This document shows, piece by piece, positions 1 to 11,984 of a DNA stretch of 64,000 nucleotides. The notes beneath the pieces were generated by a model. It was not told the origin of the DNA and did no database searches. It saw nothing but the letters and a program-made list of their open reading frames with translations. The DNA comes from Mobula hypostoma (Eukaryota): positions 12,028,001 to 12,092,000 of the forward strand of contig NC_086097.1 of the NCBI RefSeq assembly GCF_963921235.1, written 5' to 3'. Numbering within the stretch: position 1 is the first letter of the stretch; each line of letters opens with the position of its first letter. Both the position numbers and the translations under genes were made by a program.

Positions 1-159
1 GGTATTTTGTAGTTTCCTCGTTACCTTAAAATATTTTTCACTATTCAATTTAGTATGCAAATTCAGTTGAACATCTTATTATTCAGTTTATTTCATTATT
101 TTTTTGCACTTCTTAATACTTGAGTTTTATTTATTTGCTTTTAATTATTAAGTATATTT

Positions 160-452
160 ACTTTATTTAGAAAAACAGAGTGAAACATGCCCCTCCAGCC
201 CAACAAGTCACACCACCCAGCAACCCACCTATCTAACCTTAGCTTAATCACTGGACAACTTACAATGACCAATTCACCTATGAACCAGGAAGTCTGGGAA
301 CGTGGGAAGAAACAGGAGCATCTGAAGGAAAGACATACAGTTATGGGGAAATCATACAAATTCCTTACAGATGGTACCAGAATTGAACTCCGAACTCTGA
401 TGCCCTGAGTTGTAATAATGTTGAACTAACCACTATGCTACCCAGCTGCCCT
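160..452 (-). mobile_element. tRNA-headed V-SINE (HE1-like) copy
   Basis: Reverse strand reads tRNA-like head (gggcagctgggtagcatagtggttag), then V-domain-like core and (TAAA)n-type tail; similar to the many other copies in this window. Confidence 0.75.
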
Positions 453-577
453 ACAATACAATCAACTTCAAATTTCACAGCTGCTGCAACTTTTCTCGTT
501 CTGTTTTATCCGTTGTGTTATTTATCTGCCTTATCCCACAATATGCTTTTCTTGTTACACAAATCCTTACAGTAGGG

Positions 578-659
578 CAGGGGTTCCCAACCTGGGCTCC
601 ACTGACCCCTCCATTACTGGTAGGGGTTCATGGCATTAAAAAAAAGGTTGGGAACCCTG
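578..659. mobile_element. ~80-bp hAT-type MITE
   Basis: TIRs CAGGGGTTCCCAACC / GGTTGGGAACCCTG; same family as 20588, 25150, 49184, 59699; degenerate 8-bp flanks. Confidence 0.8.
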
Positions 660-880
660 CTATAAGGCAATCACGAATGACCTTCCATTCCCATTTTTAT
701 CGAAATCTGAAAACTAGAATCCTGTCTTCAGCTATTTTGAAACCATGTATTGACGTAAACTATCCAAACTCCTTTTCTATTTAACATAACAAATAGAATT
801 AGGAAAACAGCGTACTGTATGTTAGGTGTGTATTTAATATTTCAGTAGTGTTTGAGTAATATTGTAAATATGTTGTTGAT

Positions 881-1265
881 AAATCTCCGAGAACCACTAT
901 CATGTCATCGGGTTTGGAGGCTTGTGCGCCTCAGTGACTTGAAGAACTGTACTGGCTGGACTCAGGGCTTTATGCTTTGGCTCTTGGTAGGTTCACCCAT
1001 GCCAAGCAGGACAAAGGGTAGAAGCCAGAATAAGAATGGTCCGTTGGTCCTCCAGATTCTGGGGTTCAACTCAGGGCTAACAACTCCGACTGGTAAAACA
1101 AACCCATTATGGAAACAGCAATAAAGTGTCCTTCTACATTTGAGTGCAATGGTATTCCTGAGTCTCCTCCCGGGACTTGCAAGACTGAGAGTAGTGAAAA
1201 CTGAGAAGAATAAATTGATACAATGAAGGAAAACCAGAGCACCTTCATTGCTGCCCTAAGCACCA
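881..1265 (+). mobile_element. Non-autonomous RTE-clade derivative (5'UTR-like part fused to 3' end)
   Basis: 9-bp TSD gttgttgat (872-880, 1266-1274); motifs ggtcctccag...ggggtt...gggctaacaac and cttcattgctgcccta resemble RTE 5'UTR and 3' end. Confidence 0.6.
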
Positions 1266-1323
1266 GTTGTTGATTAAGTGTTCTTGTTTGTTTAAATAAT
1301 TCATTACAGGTTACATGTATAAA

Positions 1324-1640
1324 GTGTTGGCGCGTGGCCAAGTGGTTAAGGCGTCAGTCTAGTGATCTGAAGGTTGCTAGTTCGAGCCTCAGCTGAGGCA
1401 GCGTGTTGTGTCCTTGAGCAAGGCACTTAACCACATGTTGCTCTGCGATGACACCGGTGCCAAGCTGTATCGGCCCTAGTGCCCTTCTCTTGTACAACAT
1501 CAGTAGCGTGGAGAGGGGAGACTTGCAGCGTGGGCAACTGCTGGTATTCCATATAACCTTGACCAGGCCTGCGCCCTGGAAACCTTACAAGGTGCAAATC
1601 CATGGACTCAGGAGACTAACGGATGCCTATTTATTATTTA
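1324..1640 (+). mobile_element. tRNA-derived SINE (family A)
   Basis: A box GTGGCCAAGTGG, B box GTTCGAGCC, core-like gtgtccttgagcaaggcacttaac; 13-bp TSD ttacatgtataaa (1311-1323, 1641-1653). Confidence 0.9.
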
Positions 1641-2095
1641 TTACATGTATAAATACATGAATTGCATACGTCATCACGTTACCACGTGATACGTGCGTGC
1701 CTTGCTAGAAGGAAATTTGAAGTTAGACTCACATTTTCGGAATCCTGTGTCTTCCTTTGAATTAGTTGAATGTCTTGAAGTTACAAATCATAATAATGGT
1801 CATTGGACATATCTTGCTGTTCACTAAGACCAAGACTAATCTTGTACTTTAACCGTTTTACTTATCTGATACATATAACCCTTCATTTCATATCAAAAAA
1901 TCTATTACTGTACTATAAACCTGAGATATACTTAACAATTGAGCACCTAAAGGTGACAGCAGTGAAGCAGTTAGGACAACACTTTACAGCACCAGCAATA
2001 GGTGATCAAGTTTCCATTCCCACTGCTGTCTGTAAGGCGTTTGTACTTTTTCCCTGTGACCATGGGTTTCCTTAGAGTGCTCCGGTTACCTACCA

Positions 2096-2658
2096 TGTTA
2101 TGTTTTGTAATTTCAAAACACTAACTTAATTCAAAGGAAGACACGGGAAGTCCAAAGTATGGATATAACTTCATCTTTACTTTAAGCAAGATGCGCACGT
2201 GTCACATGGTAGCATGATAACGTATGCAATTTGGGTATTTATACATATAACACATATACACGTGTGGCCAAATGGTTAAGGCATTGGTCTAGTGACCTGA
2301 AGGTCACTAGTTCGAGCCTTGGCTGATGCAGCGTGTTGTGTTCTTGAGCAAGGCACTTAACCACACATTGCTCTGCGACGACACTGGTGCCAAGCTGTAT
2401 GGATCCTAATGCCCTTCCCTTGGATAACATCGGTGGTGTGGAGAGGGGAGACTTGCAGCATGGGCAATTGCCGGTCTTCCATACAATCTTGCCCAGGCCT
2501 ATGCCCTGGAAACCTTCCAAGGTGCAAATCCATGGTCTCACGAGACTAACGGATGCCTATAAAACACAAAATGAATTATTTAAAGGAACAGAAAAGCTTA
2601 ATAAATCAATATATATACAAGATTACTCAAATATTACTGAAATATTAAATACACAACA
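2096..2658 (-). mobile_element. Solo LTR containing a family A SINE
   Basis: TG...CA termini (TGTTATG...CACAACA); perfect 5-bp TSD TACCA (2091-2095, 2659-2663). Confidence 0.85.
2255..2560 (+). mobile_element. tRNA-derived SINE (family A)
   Basis: Collinear with 1324-1640; approximate TSD ataacaca/aaaacaca. Confidence 0.9.
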
Positions 2659-2969
2659 TACCACATTCCAAAAGCGTACAGATTAGGGTTAGTGTTAGTA
2701 AGTTATTGGTGTAATTGTTGATGCTGGAAGCATGGCGACACTTGCAGGCTGCCTCCAGCATACCCTTGGACAGTGTTATTCATTGATGTGAAACGACGCA
2801 TTGCTCTGTACACTTCGATGTTGCAATGTGTGTGTGGCAAATAAAGATAATCATTAATCTGTCTTCAAGGGAATTCCAAAAGTTTATAATCACCTAAGTA
2901 AAGAAATTTCTTCTTCTCTTACACCAAAAAGGCAACTCCTAATCCTGAGGTTATCCTAACTCCCAACTG

Positions 2970-3425
2970 ACCATAAGGCCACGAGACATAGGTGCAGAAT
3001 TAGGCCATTTGAATCTTCAATTCTGCTCTGCCATTTGATCATGGTTCAATTTAATGCCCCATCTCAAATCCATTCTCCTAGCTTTTCCTTGTAATCTTTG
3101 ATGTCCTTACTCATCAAGAACCTATCAATCTCCACTTTAAATATACCCAATGACTTGGCTTCCACAGCTATCTGTGGCAATAAATTCCACAGATCCACCA
3201 GCCTCTGGCTAAAGAAATTCCTCCTCATCTCTGTTCTAAAGAGATGTCTTTGTATTCTGAATGTGTGCCCTCTGGTCCTTGACACCCCCCCTATAGGAAA
3301 CATTCTCTCTACATCCATTCTGTCTAGGCCTTTCAATATTCAGTAAGCTCCAATAGGATCCACTCTCATTCTTCTAAATTCCAGAGAGCACAGGCCCAGA
3401 GCCATCAAACGCTCCTCATACGTTA
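2970..3425 (-). mobile_element. CR1 LINE 3' end fragment
   Basis: ORF 3064-3336 (SRTRGH...FFSQRLVDLWNLLPQ) is the CR1 ORF2 C-terminus; CR1-type tail. Confidence 0.9.
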
Positions 3426-3982
3426 GTGAGGAGGTGTACATGGGTTCATCGTCCATTCAGAAATCTAATAATGCTGGGGTAAAACTGTTCCTAAAACATT
3501 GACTGTGTGTCTTCAGGCTCCTGTCCCTCCCCCCTAATGGTATCAATGAGAAAAGAGCATCTCCTGGGTGATGGAGGTCCTTAATGATGGATGCCGCCTT
3601 TTTGATGCATTGCCTTTTGAAGATATCCTTGATGCTGGGGAGTTTGTGCCCATAATGGAACTGGCCGAGATGGCAACTTTTCTGCAGTTTTTTTTGATTC
3701 TGTGCAGTAGCACCCCCCCCCCCCGCATACCTGATGGTGATACAACTGGTTAGAACGTTCTCCACAATACACCTGTAGAAATTTGCTAGAGTCCTTCACC
3801 ATCTCTGAAGATGACACCCAGGACCTTGAAACTGCTCACACTTTCCACTAGTCATCCCTTAAAGATGAATGGCGTGCGTTCCCTCAACTTCCCCTTCCTG
3901 AAGTCCAAAATCAATTCCTTTGTCTTACTGACGTTGAGTACAAGATTGCTGTTGTGACACCACTCAACCAGCTGACCTATCA
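3426..3982 (-). mobile_element. Rex1/Babar-type LINE ORF2 C-terminal fragment
   Basis: SCITI.Y...KKLQ...IIKDLHHPGDALFSLIPLG.R.RSLK....FRNSF motif. Confidence 0.75.
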
Positions 3983-3984
3983 GT

Positions 3985-4120
3985 ACAAAAAAGGTACTGC
4001 AGATGCTGGAAATCTAGAGGAAATCCTGCTGAAGGGTCTTGGCCTGAAACATGGACTGTTTATTCCCATTTTTAGAAGCTGGCTGACCTGCTGATCTTCT
4101 CCACACATTGTGTGTATTGC
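3985..4120. mobile_element. Penelope-like terminal repeat fragments with degenerate hammerhead
   Basis: cctgctgaagggtcttggcctgaaacatggactg, preceded by an oppositely oriented end piece. Confidence 0.65.
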
Positions 4121-4994
4121 AGCTGATCTGTCGTCTCATCGTCACCCTAATCAACTGAGGACTTATTCCTTCATTCAATTTTTTTTTCAGTTTTGAAGAT
4201 CTGGCATCTTTAGTTTCTGATAACATTGGCCTTAATAAAGCTTTTGGGACTTTTCACCATTGTCCCCGCCTGCTTTGATTGCTCTGTCACTGTGTAAAAA
4301 CAGAAAAGGGAATCTCAACTGGTCTTCCTACAACTCACTGAGAAGTTCCTTATTACCAGTGTGTATGTGAATCACGCCGCACCAGATAATTAGAAGGTTT
4401 AGCTTCGCTCTGCTTGCTTAAAATGTTATTGCATTCAGTGGGAATTACGCTTGCAGATATGTTGTAAAACTACACAGGCAACATCTGGCGTGTACTCACA
4501 GCCTCTGAGTCAGACAAGTAGCTCAGCCTGAATTGAGCTTGTGTGCAACTTATCCCTAGGATATTTCTGAGATAGAAACAGTGAGGGATTCACAATGCTT
4601 GTTGCAGTACAACACATACCAGAAAAAGAACTGCATAATGCATGCTATCAGAAATTAGGCATCATTATTATGTAGCCATTACCAGACGTGATAATAATTT
4701 TCAAATTAATGGCAAACAATAGGAGCATCTATGGGGCAGCACTCTGACGCTAATAGTGCTGTTACAAATAGTAATTTACTGAAGTTAACTATCTGACCCA
4801 TTGTCTCATTGTATAGATTAAAATGTTGCAGATAAATGGCAATGATTCTTGTTTGTTCTGTTTCCATTCTAAAATATAGAATTCCAGAGGGAAATTTCCA
4901 TTGCTGCTAATACTCTCTGAAGGTTTTATTTTGGGGGAAGACAACTTTCTCCTATGGCTTACACGTTATTCTGGAAAAACCTTCCTTATCAATA

Positions 4995-5685
4995 TAACAC
5001 CTGGAGACCAAAAGATATAGGAGCAGAGTGAGTCCATTTGGCCCATTGATTCTGCTCCACCATTTCATCATGGCTGATCTACTTTCCCTCGCAGCCTTCT
5101 CCCCATAATCCTTCATGCCCTGACTAATCAAGAATCTATCAAGAAAATATACCGAATGACTTGGCCTCCAGAGCCACCTGTGGCAACAAATTCCACAGAT
5201 TTGCTGCTCTCTGGCTAAAGAAATTCCTCCTCTTCTACATTCTAAAGGGACGTCCCTCTATTCTGAGGCTGTGTCCTCCGATCTTAGACTTGCCCTGTCA
5301 TAGGAAACATCCCCTCCACATCCACTCTATTGAGGCCTTTCAATATTCACTAGGTTTCAATGAGATCTCCCTTCAGTCCTCTGGATTCCAGTGAGTACAT
5401 ACCAAAAGTAATCAAACACTACTCATATGATTAGCCTTTCAATCCCGGAATCATTTTTGTGAACCTCCTTTGAACCCTCTCCGATGTCAGCACATCCTTT
5501 CTAAGATAGGGGGCTCAAAACTGCTCACAATACTCCGTGAGGTCTCACCAGAGCTTTATAAAGCCTCAACATTACATCCTTGCTTTTATATTCCTTACTA
5601 ACATTACATTTGCCTTCCTCACCACCGACTCACTCTGCAAGTTAACCTTTAGGGAATCATGTACGAGGACTCCCAAGCCCTCTGA
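4995..5685 (-). mobile_element. CR1 LINE 3' fragment
   Basis: Homologous to 2970-3425 and 7817-8300; ESVVRKANVML motif in ORF 5572-5805. Confidence 0.85.
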
Positions 5686-6169
5686 GAGTAGGCCAAAGTT
5701 GCATTGTGAAAGAATAGGCCAAACTTGCATTGCCCCATTATGAAAGACACATTTTATAAAATGAATATTTATTATTACTTGTCTATAATTCCAACCATGC
5801 AACACAGTGGGAGTATAGGCACATGAATGTGAGGAAAATAGAAGAATATAAACATCGCTTTGGCAGAGGGGATATATTTAATTAGCCATTTGATTACTGA
5901 TTTAATTGGTTCAGTTCAACATTGTGGGCCAAAGGCCTATTCCTGTACTAAACTGCTTATGTTCCATGTTCCTTCACCAGAAGGTCTGCAGCCGTTCACC
6001 GTCACTGAAAAATTAACTGAAAACTAATTAACCTAAAAAAAAAATTGAATGTCAGTTGATTAGGGTGACAATGGGGTGAAAGGTAATTAGGATGGACAGT
6101 GAATGCCAGCCTCACAAGTGACTATCACATTCCTTAAGAAAATATGATTTAATTATTCCATTGAATTAG

Positions 6170-6295
6170 AGTGAAAAGAAAGAAAAAATGAACTGAAAAA
6201 TGAATAAAAAGGAAATGAAGGAAGGGGTAAAGAAAGAAAGAAAAAGAAAAAGGAAGAGGGAAAGTATAGGAAGAAGTGAAAAGAAAGAAAACTTA
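6170..6295. repeat. Purine-rich (A/G) low-complexity tract
   Basis: Runs of GAAA/GGAA. Confidence 0.8.
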
Positions 6296-6357
6296 AGAAT
6301 GGCTTATTACTTAATTGTTTATAATTTATAGCACTTTTAATCTTTTATATGTACTTA

Positions 6358-7111
6358 CAGTGCCTATAAGAAGTATTAGAAGTATATTACCCCCCCCCCG
6401 CCAGAAGTTTTCATGTTTTATAACATTGAATCACAGTGGATTTAATTTGGCTTTTTGACACCAAATCTTCACTGGTGCAGCCAATTGGTTTTGGAAGTCA
6501 CATAATTAGTTAAATGGAGATCATCTGTATCAGTTAAGGTGTTTCAACTGATTGTAGTAAAAATACACCTGTATCTGGAATGTCTAAAATCTGGTGAGTC
6601 CATTGGTAGTTTTATGGGATAGCAGCAAAGAGAAAGCCACTGTTGAAAAACAAAACCCAAAACCAACAAAGTTAATGTCCTGAAATGGCCAAGATAGAGT
6701 TCAGACCTCAATCCAGTTGAGAATTTGTGGCTGGACCTGAAGAGGGTTGTTCACTCATGATCCCCATGCAATCTGACAGGGCTTGAGCAGTTTTGTAAAG
6801 AAGAATGGGGGGAAAATTGCAGTGTCCAAATGTGCAAGGCTGACTGAGACCAATCCACACAAGCTCAAGGATGTAATTGCTGCCAAAGGTGTATTCATGA
6901 AATACTGATTGAAGGGTGTGAGTAATTATGTAATCAATCATTTTGTGTTTAATAATGGTAATAAATTTAAACCAATTTGTAGAAATTTGTTTTCACTTTG
7001 GCATGTTGATAGGTGTCGAAAAAGGCTAATTAAATCCATTGTGATTCAATGTTGTTAAACAATAAAACATGAAAACTTACAAGGGGGGGTGAATACTTTT
7101 TATAGGCACTG
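6358..7111 (+). mobile_element. Internally deleted Tc1 transposon
   Basis: Long imperfect TIRs beginning CAGTGCCTATAA, left TA flank; transposase C-terminal relic KVNVLKWP..SSDLNPVENLW...EQFCKEEW...VIAAKG near 6668-6908. Confidence 0.9.
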
Positions 7112-7539
7112 TGTGTCATTAATATTTTTCTTTTTATTTCTTTTTTTAGTTTAGTTTTTGGTTAATTTTATGTTTTTAAAAGATTGAGTATTTTTAAATG
7201 TTATAAGACTTTGACTGTTGCAGCTAGATTGGGATTTGTGTTTAACTGATTGTCATGTTTATCACTGGGCACCTCATGTGTTAACTATTTTATGTCCTTT
7301 GGCTACTTTCTGTCAGATGCATAGAACGTAGAACCCAACCGTACAGTACAGGCCCTTCAGACCACGATGTTGTGCCAACATTCTAACCTACTCAGCGATT
7401 GTGACCTTCCTTCCCAACTCAAGAGTTCTTCCAGGATTTTGAGTCTGTTGCTTGGATTTCCAACACCTACAGATTTTTTTTTCTGCAGATGCTGGATATA
7501 GTTGGTTATATACCTGTCTAATGCCCTGTTCCTGCTGAC

Positions 7540-7815
7540 CTCCATGCTATGGTCTTAACTGAAGTGGCTACAGAGGACAATTAATGCATTGGTTATAATC
7601 TATCAAATGTCTCCTACTTCTACAGTAGAAAAGTCCCAGATAATCTAAAACCTGTGAATGTAGCACCAATACTCAAGGAAGGGGGGAGGAGATCAGAACC
7701 AGGGTCATTTAGCCTAAAGTTTATCTTTAGAAAATGTTATCATCTAATATTAATGTGATAATAGCAATCTGTTTAGAAAATCACAAAACAACCAAGCAAA
7801 CACAGGATGATTTCA
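7540..7815 (+). mobile_element. Old CR1 ORF2 relic
   Basis: Degenerate match to the pre-RT region (EVA..I..AL.II...VP.D....NV.PI.K.GG). Confidence 0.55.
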
Positions 7816-7816
7816 A

Positions 7817-10800
7817 GACCATAAGACATAGTAGTAGAATTAGGCCATTTGACCCATTGAGTTTGCTCCACCATTTAATCATGGATGACCCTTTTTTATT
7901 TCCCACTTAGTCCCACTCCCTATCTTTGATTGCCATGTCCAATCAAGAGCCTACCAAGCTCTGCTTTCAATGCACTCAATGACCTCGCCTCCATAGCTGC
8001 CTGTGGTAATAAATTCCACAAGTTCACCACTCTATGGCTAAAGAAATTTCTCTGCATCTCTGATTTAAATGAATTCCCTTCTATCCTGAGTCTGTGCCCT
8101 CTTGTACTAGACTCCCCCACCATGGGGGACATCCTTTCCACATCATTTCTGTCTAGGCCTTTCAACATTTTAAAGGTTTCAATGAGATCTCCCCTCATCC
8201 TTCTAAATTCCAGCAAGTACAGACCCAGAGCTATCAAACGTTCCTTGTATGATAAACCTTTCATTCCAAAGAATCATCCTTGTGAACCTCCCCTGACCCC
8301 TCTCCAATGCCAGCACATCCGTCCCCCATTATTATTTCTCCGGCCTCATATTCTTGTCCTACATCCACTCTCATCACTTATTTTTCACATACTTAAAAGC
8401 TTTTACTATCCACTTTGATTATTGCTTGCTTTCATATTTCATGTTTTACCTTCAAATGATCTTTTAGTTGGTCTCTGTAGGGCTTCCCAATACTGTTCAG
8501 AATACTCAAGGGGAGGACTCACCAGTGCCTAAAAAGCCTCAGTATCACATCCCTGCTCTTGTTTTCGAGACCTTTTGAAATGAATGCTAAAATTATATTT
8601 GTTTTCCTCATCACTGACTCTACCTGAAAGTTAACCCTTAGGGTGTTCTCCCAAGTCCTTTTGCATCTCAGGTTTTTGGATTTTCTCCCCATTCAGAAAA
8701 TAGTCTGCATATTTATTCCTTCTACCAAAATGCATGACCAGGCATTTTCCAACATTGTATTTCATTTGCCGCTTTCTTGCCCATTCTCCTAATCCATCTA
8801 CGTCCTTCTGCAGCCTACCTATTTCCTCAACACTACCTGCCCCTCCACCAATCTTTATATCATCTGCAAACTCGGCAACAAATCCATCTATTCCATCATC
8901 TAAGTCATTGATATACAGCATAAAAAGAAATGGTCCCAACACCAAACCTGCGAAACACCACTAGTCACTGGCAGCCAACCAGAAAAGAATCCTTTTATTC
9001 CCACTCACTGCCTTCACTACCAATCAGCCAATACTCTAACCATGCCGGTAACTTTTCTGTAATACCATGGGCTCTTGATCTGGTAAGCAGCCTCATCTGT
9101 GGCATCTTGTCAAGGGATTATACAACATACAACACCTACTGCATCCCTTATATCTATCCCACTTATAATCTCCTCAAAGAATTCCAGCAGGTTTGTCAGA
9201 TAAGATTTTCCCTGAAGGATACCATGCTGACTTAGTCCTATCTTGTCCCATGTCACCAAGTACTCCATAACCCCGTCCTTAACAACTGACTCCAACATCT
9301 TCCTCACCACTGAGGTCAAGCTAATTGGTCTATAATTTCCTGTCCGCTGCCTTCCTCCTTTCTTAGGGAGTGGAGTGACACTTGCAATTTTCCAGTCCTC
9401 TGACACAATGCCAGAGTCCAGTGATTTTTGAAAGATCATTATTAATGCCTCCATAATCTCTACTGCTACCTCTTTCAGAACCCTAGCGTGCAGTTCGTCT
9501 GGTCCGAGTTATTTATTCACCTTCAGGTCTTTCAACTTTTAGAACACCTTCTCCCTTGTATGAACTTTTTTTGCTGTGCCATGGCCTGTTCTTCATCAAT
9601 TTATGATATTGTTGCACTGTTGTACGTTTGTAACTATATGTTATAATTATGTGGTTTTTGTCAGTTTTTTAGTCTCGGTCTGTCCTGTGTTTCTGTATAT
9701 CACACCGGAGGAATATTGTATCATTTTTTAATGCATGCATTACTAAATGACAATAAAAGAGGACTGCGTGTCCTCATAATCTAATCTAATAACTGCACTC
9801 ACTTCTCTTCCCTCACATCCTTCAACAACTGGCACACTGCTAGTGTCTTCCACATGAATACTCATTTAGTTCAGCTGCCATCTCCTTGTTCCCTGTTATT
9901 ATTTCTCCGGCATCGTATTCTTGTGGTCATACATCCACTCTCATCAGTCTTTTATTTTTTATGTTCTTGAAAAAGCTTTTACTATCTACTTTGATATTGC
10001 TTGCTTTCATATTTCATGTTTTACCTTCCAATGATTCTTTTAGTTGCCCTCTCTAAGCTTTCCAATTCTTTGTCTTACCACTAATTTTTGCCTTGTCGTG
10101 TGCCTTCTCCTTTGCTTTTACATTAGCTTTGACTTTCCTTGTTAGCCATAGTTGTACCATCCTGTTATTTGATTAGTTCCTTGTTTTTGGAATATATCTA
10201 TCCTGCACCATCCTCATTTTTCCCAGAAACCAACACCAGTGCTTCTCTGCTGTCATCTCTGACACCATCTCCTTCCAATTTACTTTGGCCAACTCCTCTC
10301 TCATACTATTGTAATTTTCTTTACTCCACTGAAATACTGCTATGTCAGACTTTACTTCCTCCTTATCAAATTTGAAGTTGAACTCAAGCATATTGTGATC
10401 ACTGCCTCCTTAGGGTTCTTTTACCTTAAGCTCCCCAATCACCTCCGGTTCATTACATAACACTCAATCCAGTATAGCCAATCCCTGAGCAGGCGCAATG
10501 ACAAACTTCTTTAAAAAGCCATCTTATAGGCATACATTCATCAAATTAACTCTCTTGAGATCCATTGTCAATCTAATTTTCCCAATTGACCTGAATGTTG
10601 AAACTCCCATGACTATCATAACATTGCCCTTTTGATATGCTTTTCCAATTTCCCAGTCCACATCCCAGTGACTGTTGGGAGGCCTGTATATAACTGTCCT
10701 CAGGGTCCTTTTAGCCTTGCAGTTTCTTAACTCAACCCACAAGGATTCAACATCTTGCGACCCTATGTCACATCTTTCTACTGATTTGATGCTATTCTTT

Positions 10801-10905
10801 ACCAAAAGAGCTATGCCATCTCCACAGCCTATCTTCCTAACTCTCTGATACAATGTGTAACCTTGGACATTCAGCTCCCAACTACAACCATCCTTCAGCT
10901 ATTTT
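7817..10905 (-). mobile_element. Long 5'-truncated CR1 LINE; disrupted ORF2 (APE endonuclease + RT)
   Basis: 10524-10853 ESLWVELRN...VIYRPPNS (APE); 9110-9454 EDWKIASVTPL..KGGR...GNYRPISLTSVV; 8631-8945 LGPFLFMLYINDL...FADD (RT); 3' tail at 7817. Confidence 0.95.
9561..9790 (+). mobile_element. 3' part of AAGATGGCG-headed non-autonomous element (family Y)
   Basis: Matches 11550-11760; ends gacaataaaagaggac...(atcta)n; sits inside the CR1. Confidence 0.8.
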
Positions 10906-10924
10906 ATGAAAGAGAAAGTATGTT

Positions 10925-11825
10925 TTTATTTTATTTAAATTTATGGTGCAGAACAGGCCCTTCTGGAACAATAAGCCTTACCAACCAACAATCCATTTAA
11001 CAACAGGCTAATCAGATGAAAATTTACAAAGACCAATTAACCTACTAATTGGTATGTTTTTGTAATGTGGAAGAAAACTGGAACAGCCAAAGGAAATTTA
11101 TGCCTTCATTGCAAGGATGTATGAACTCCTTACAGACAATGTCGGAATTGGGCAGGAGGAGTAGATGGCGTGCACAGCCCTCCGGTGAAAAATGATATTA
11201 TATCTGTTAAATAGGGGCTGTGGACAATTCTGATTTGATGGAGAATGGACGTGAAAGCACAGGGGAACATCTGGAGAAATTTCTGAAATGCCCGTTCGCT
11301 GCTGTCGTTACTGTGTGGTCGGGGATCTTTCAGAGGGTAGGCCTCAAAATCCCCGGCCTTGTCTGCTTTCAGCGACCGAGAAGGAGGTCGAATCGTTCGG
11401 ACAGAGATGGCGCTCAGTACTCGGTGTCAGAGAGCTGATCAGAGCTCGAAGTTTTCGGATGACTCAGAGTCGGATTGTGGTTGGCATGGCAGGGAGAGTT
11501 TTTCTTCCTTCTCCTGTCTGCGTGAGATGTGGGACATTTGAGAGACTTTGAACTTTACTGTGCTCACGGACTTCTTCATCAAGTTATGGTACTGTTACAC
11601 TGTTTGTAACTATATGTTATAATTATGTGGTTTTGTCAGTTTTTTCAGTCTTGGTTTGTCCTGTGTTTTGTGATATCACACTGGAGGAAATATTGTATCA
11701 TTTCTTAATGCATGCATTACTAAATGACAATAAAAGAGGACTACGTGTCTTCATAATCATAACTGAACTCCAACTCCAATGCCTGAACTATAATAATATC
11801 ACACTAACCACTATGCTGCTATGGC
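10925..11825 (-). mobile_element. V-SINE copy split by a family Y insertion
   Basis: ggaattg resumes as aactcc after 11760; homologous to 160-452. Confidence 0.7.
11151..11760 (+). mobile_element. Non-coding non-autonomous retroelement (family Y)
   Basis: 5' GGAGGAG(T/A)AGATGGCG, 3' GACAATAAA plus short tandem tail; homologous to 58273-58857 and 60825-61504. Confidence 0.8.
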
Positions 11826-11984
11826 ATTTGACAAATTTCCTAAAGTTTTAGAAGATGTGAAATACATACAGTGGATGGTGCAATGTATTTGGAATTCCAG
11901 AGATGTTCATGAGGGAACCACATGAAAGTTTACTGCTCGAGATAAAACCTGATAAACTTGGGAAGGAGGTACTGCTGGTGTGCC

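Larger units (their letters stand above)
824..1795 (+). mobile_element. Solo LTR (about 250 bp when empty), interrupted by two later insertions
   Basis: Reverse-complement homologue of 2096-2658 and 16113-16365 (consensus TGTTGTG...CATAACA); flanks atgtt/atggt (5-bp TSD, 1 mismatch); internal TATAAA. Confidence 0.75.
1952..2860 (+). mobile_element. V-SINE copy split by a solo LTR
   Basis: V-domain gggtttcc...tgctccggttacctacca resumes as cattccaaa after the LTR. Confidence 0.7.

Noticed and set aside
1330..1405. tRNA gene
   Set aside because: A/B boxes are the head of a TSD-flanked SINE present three times; no full cloverleaf or terminator
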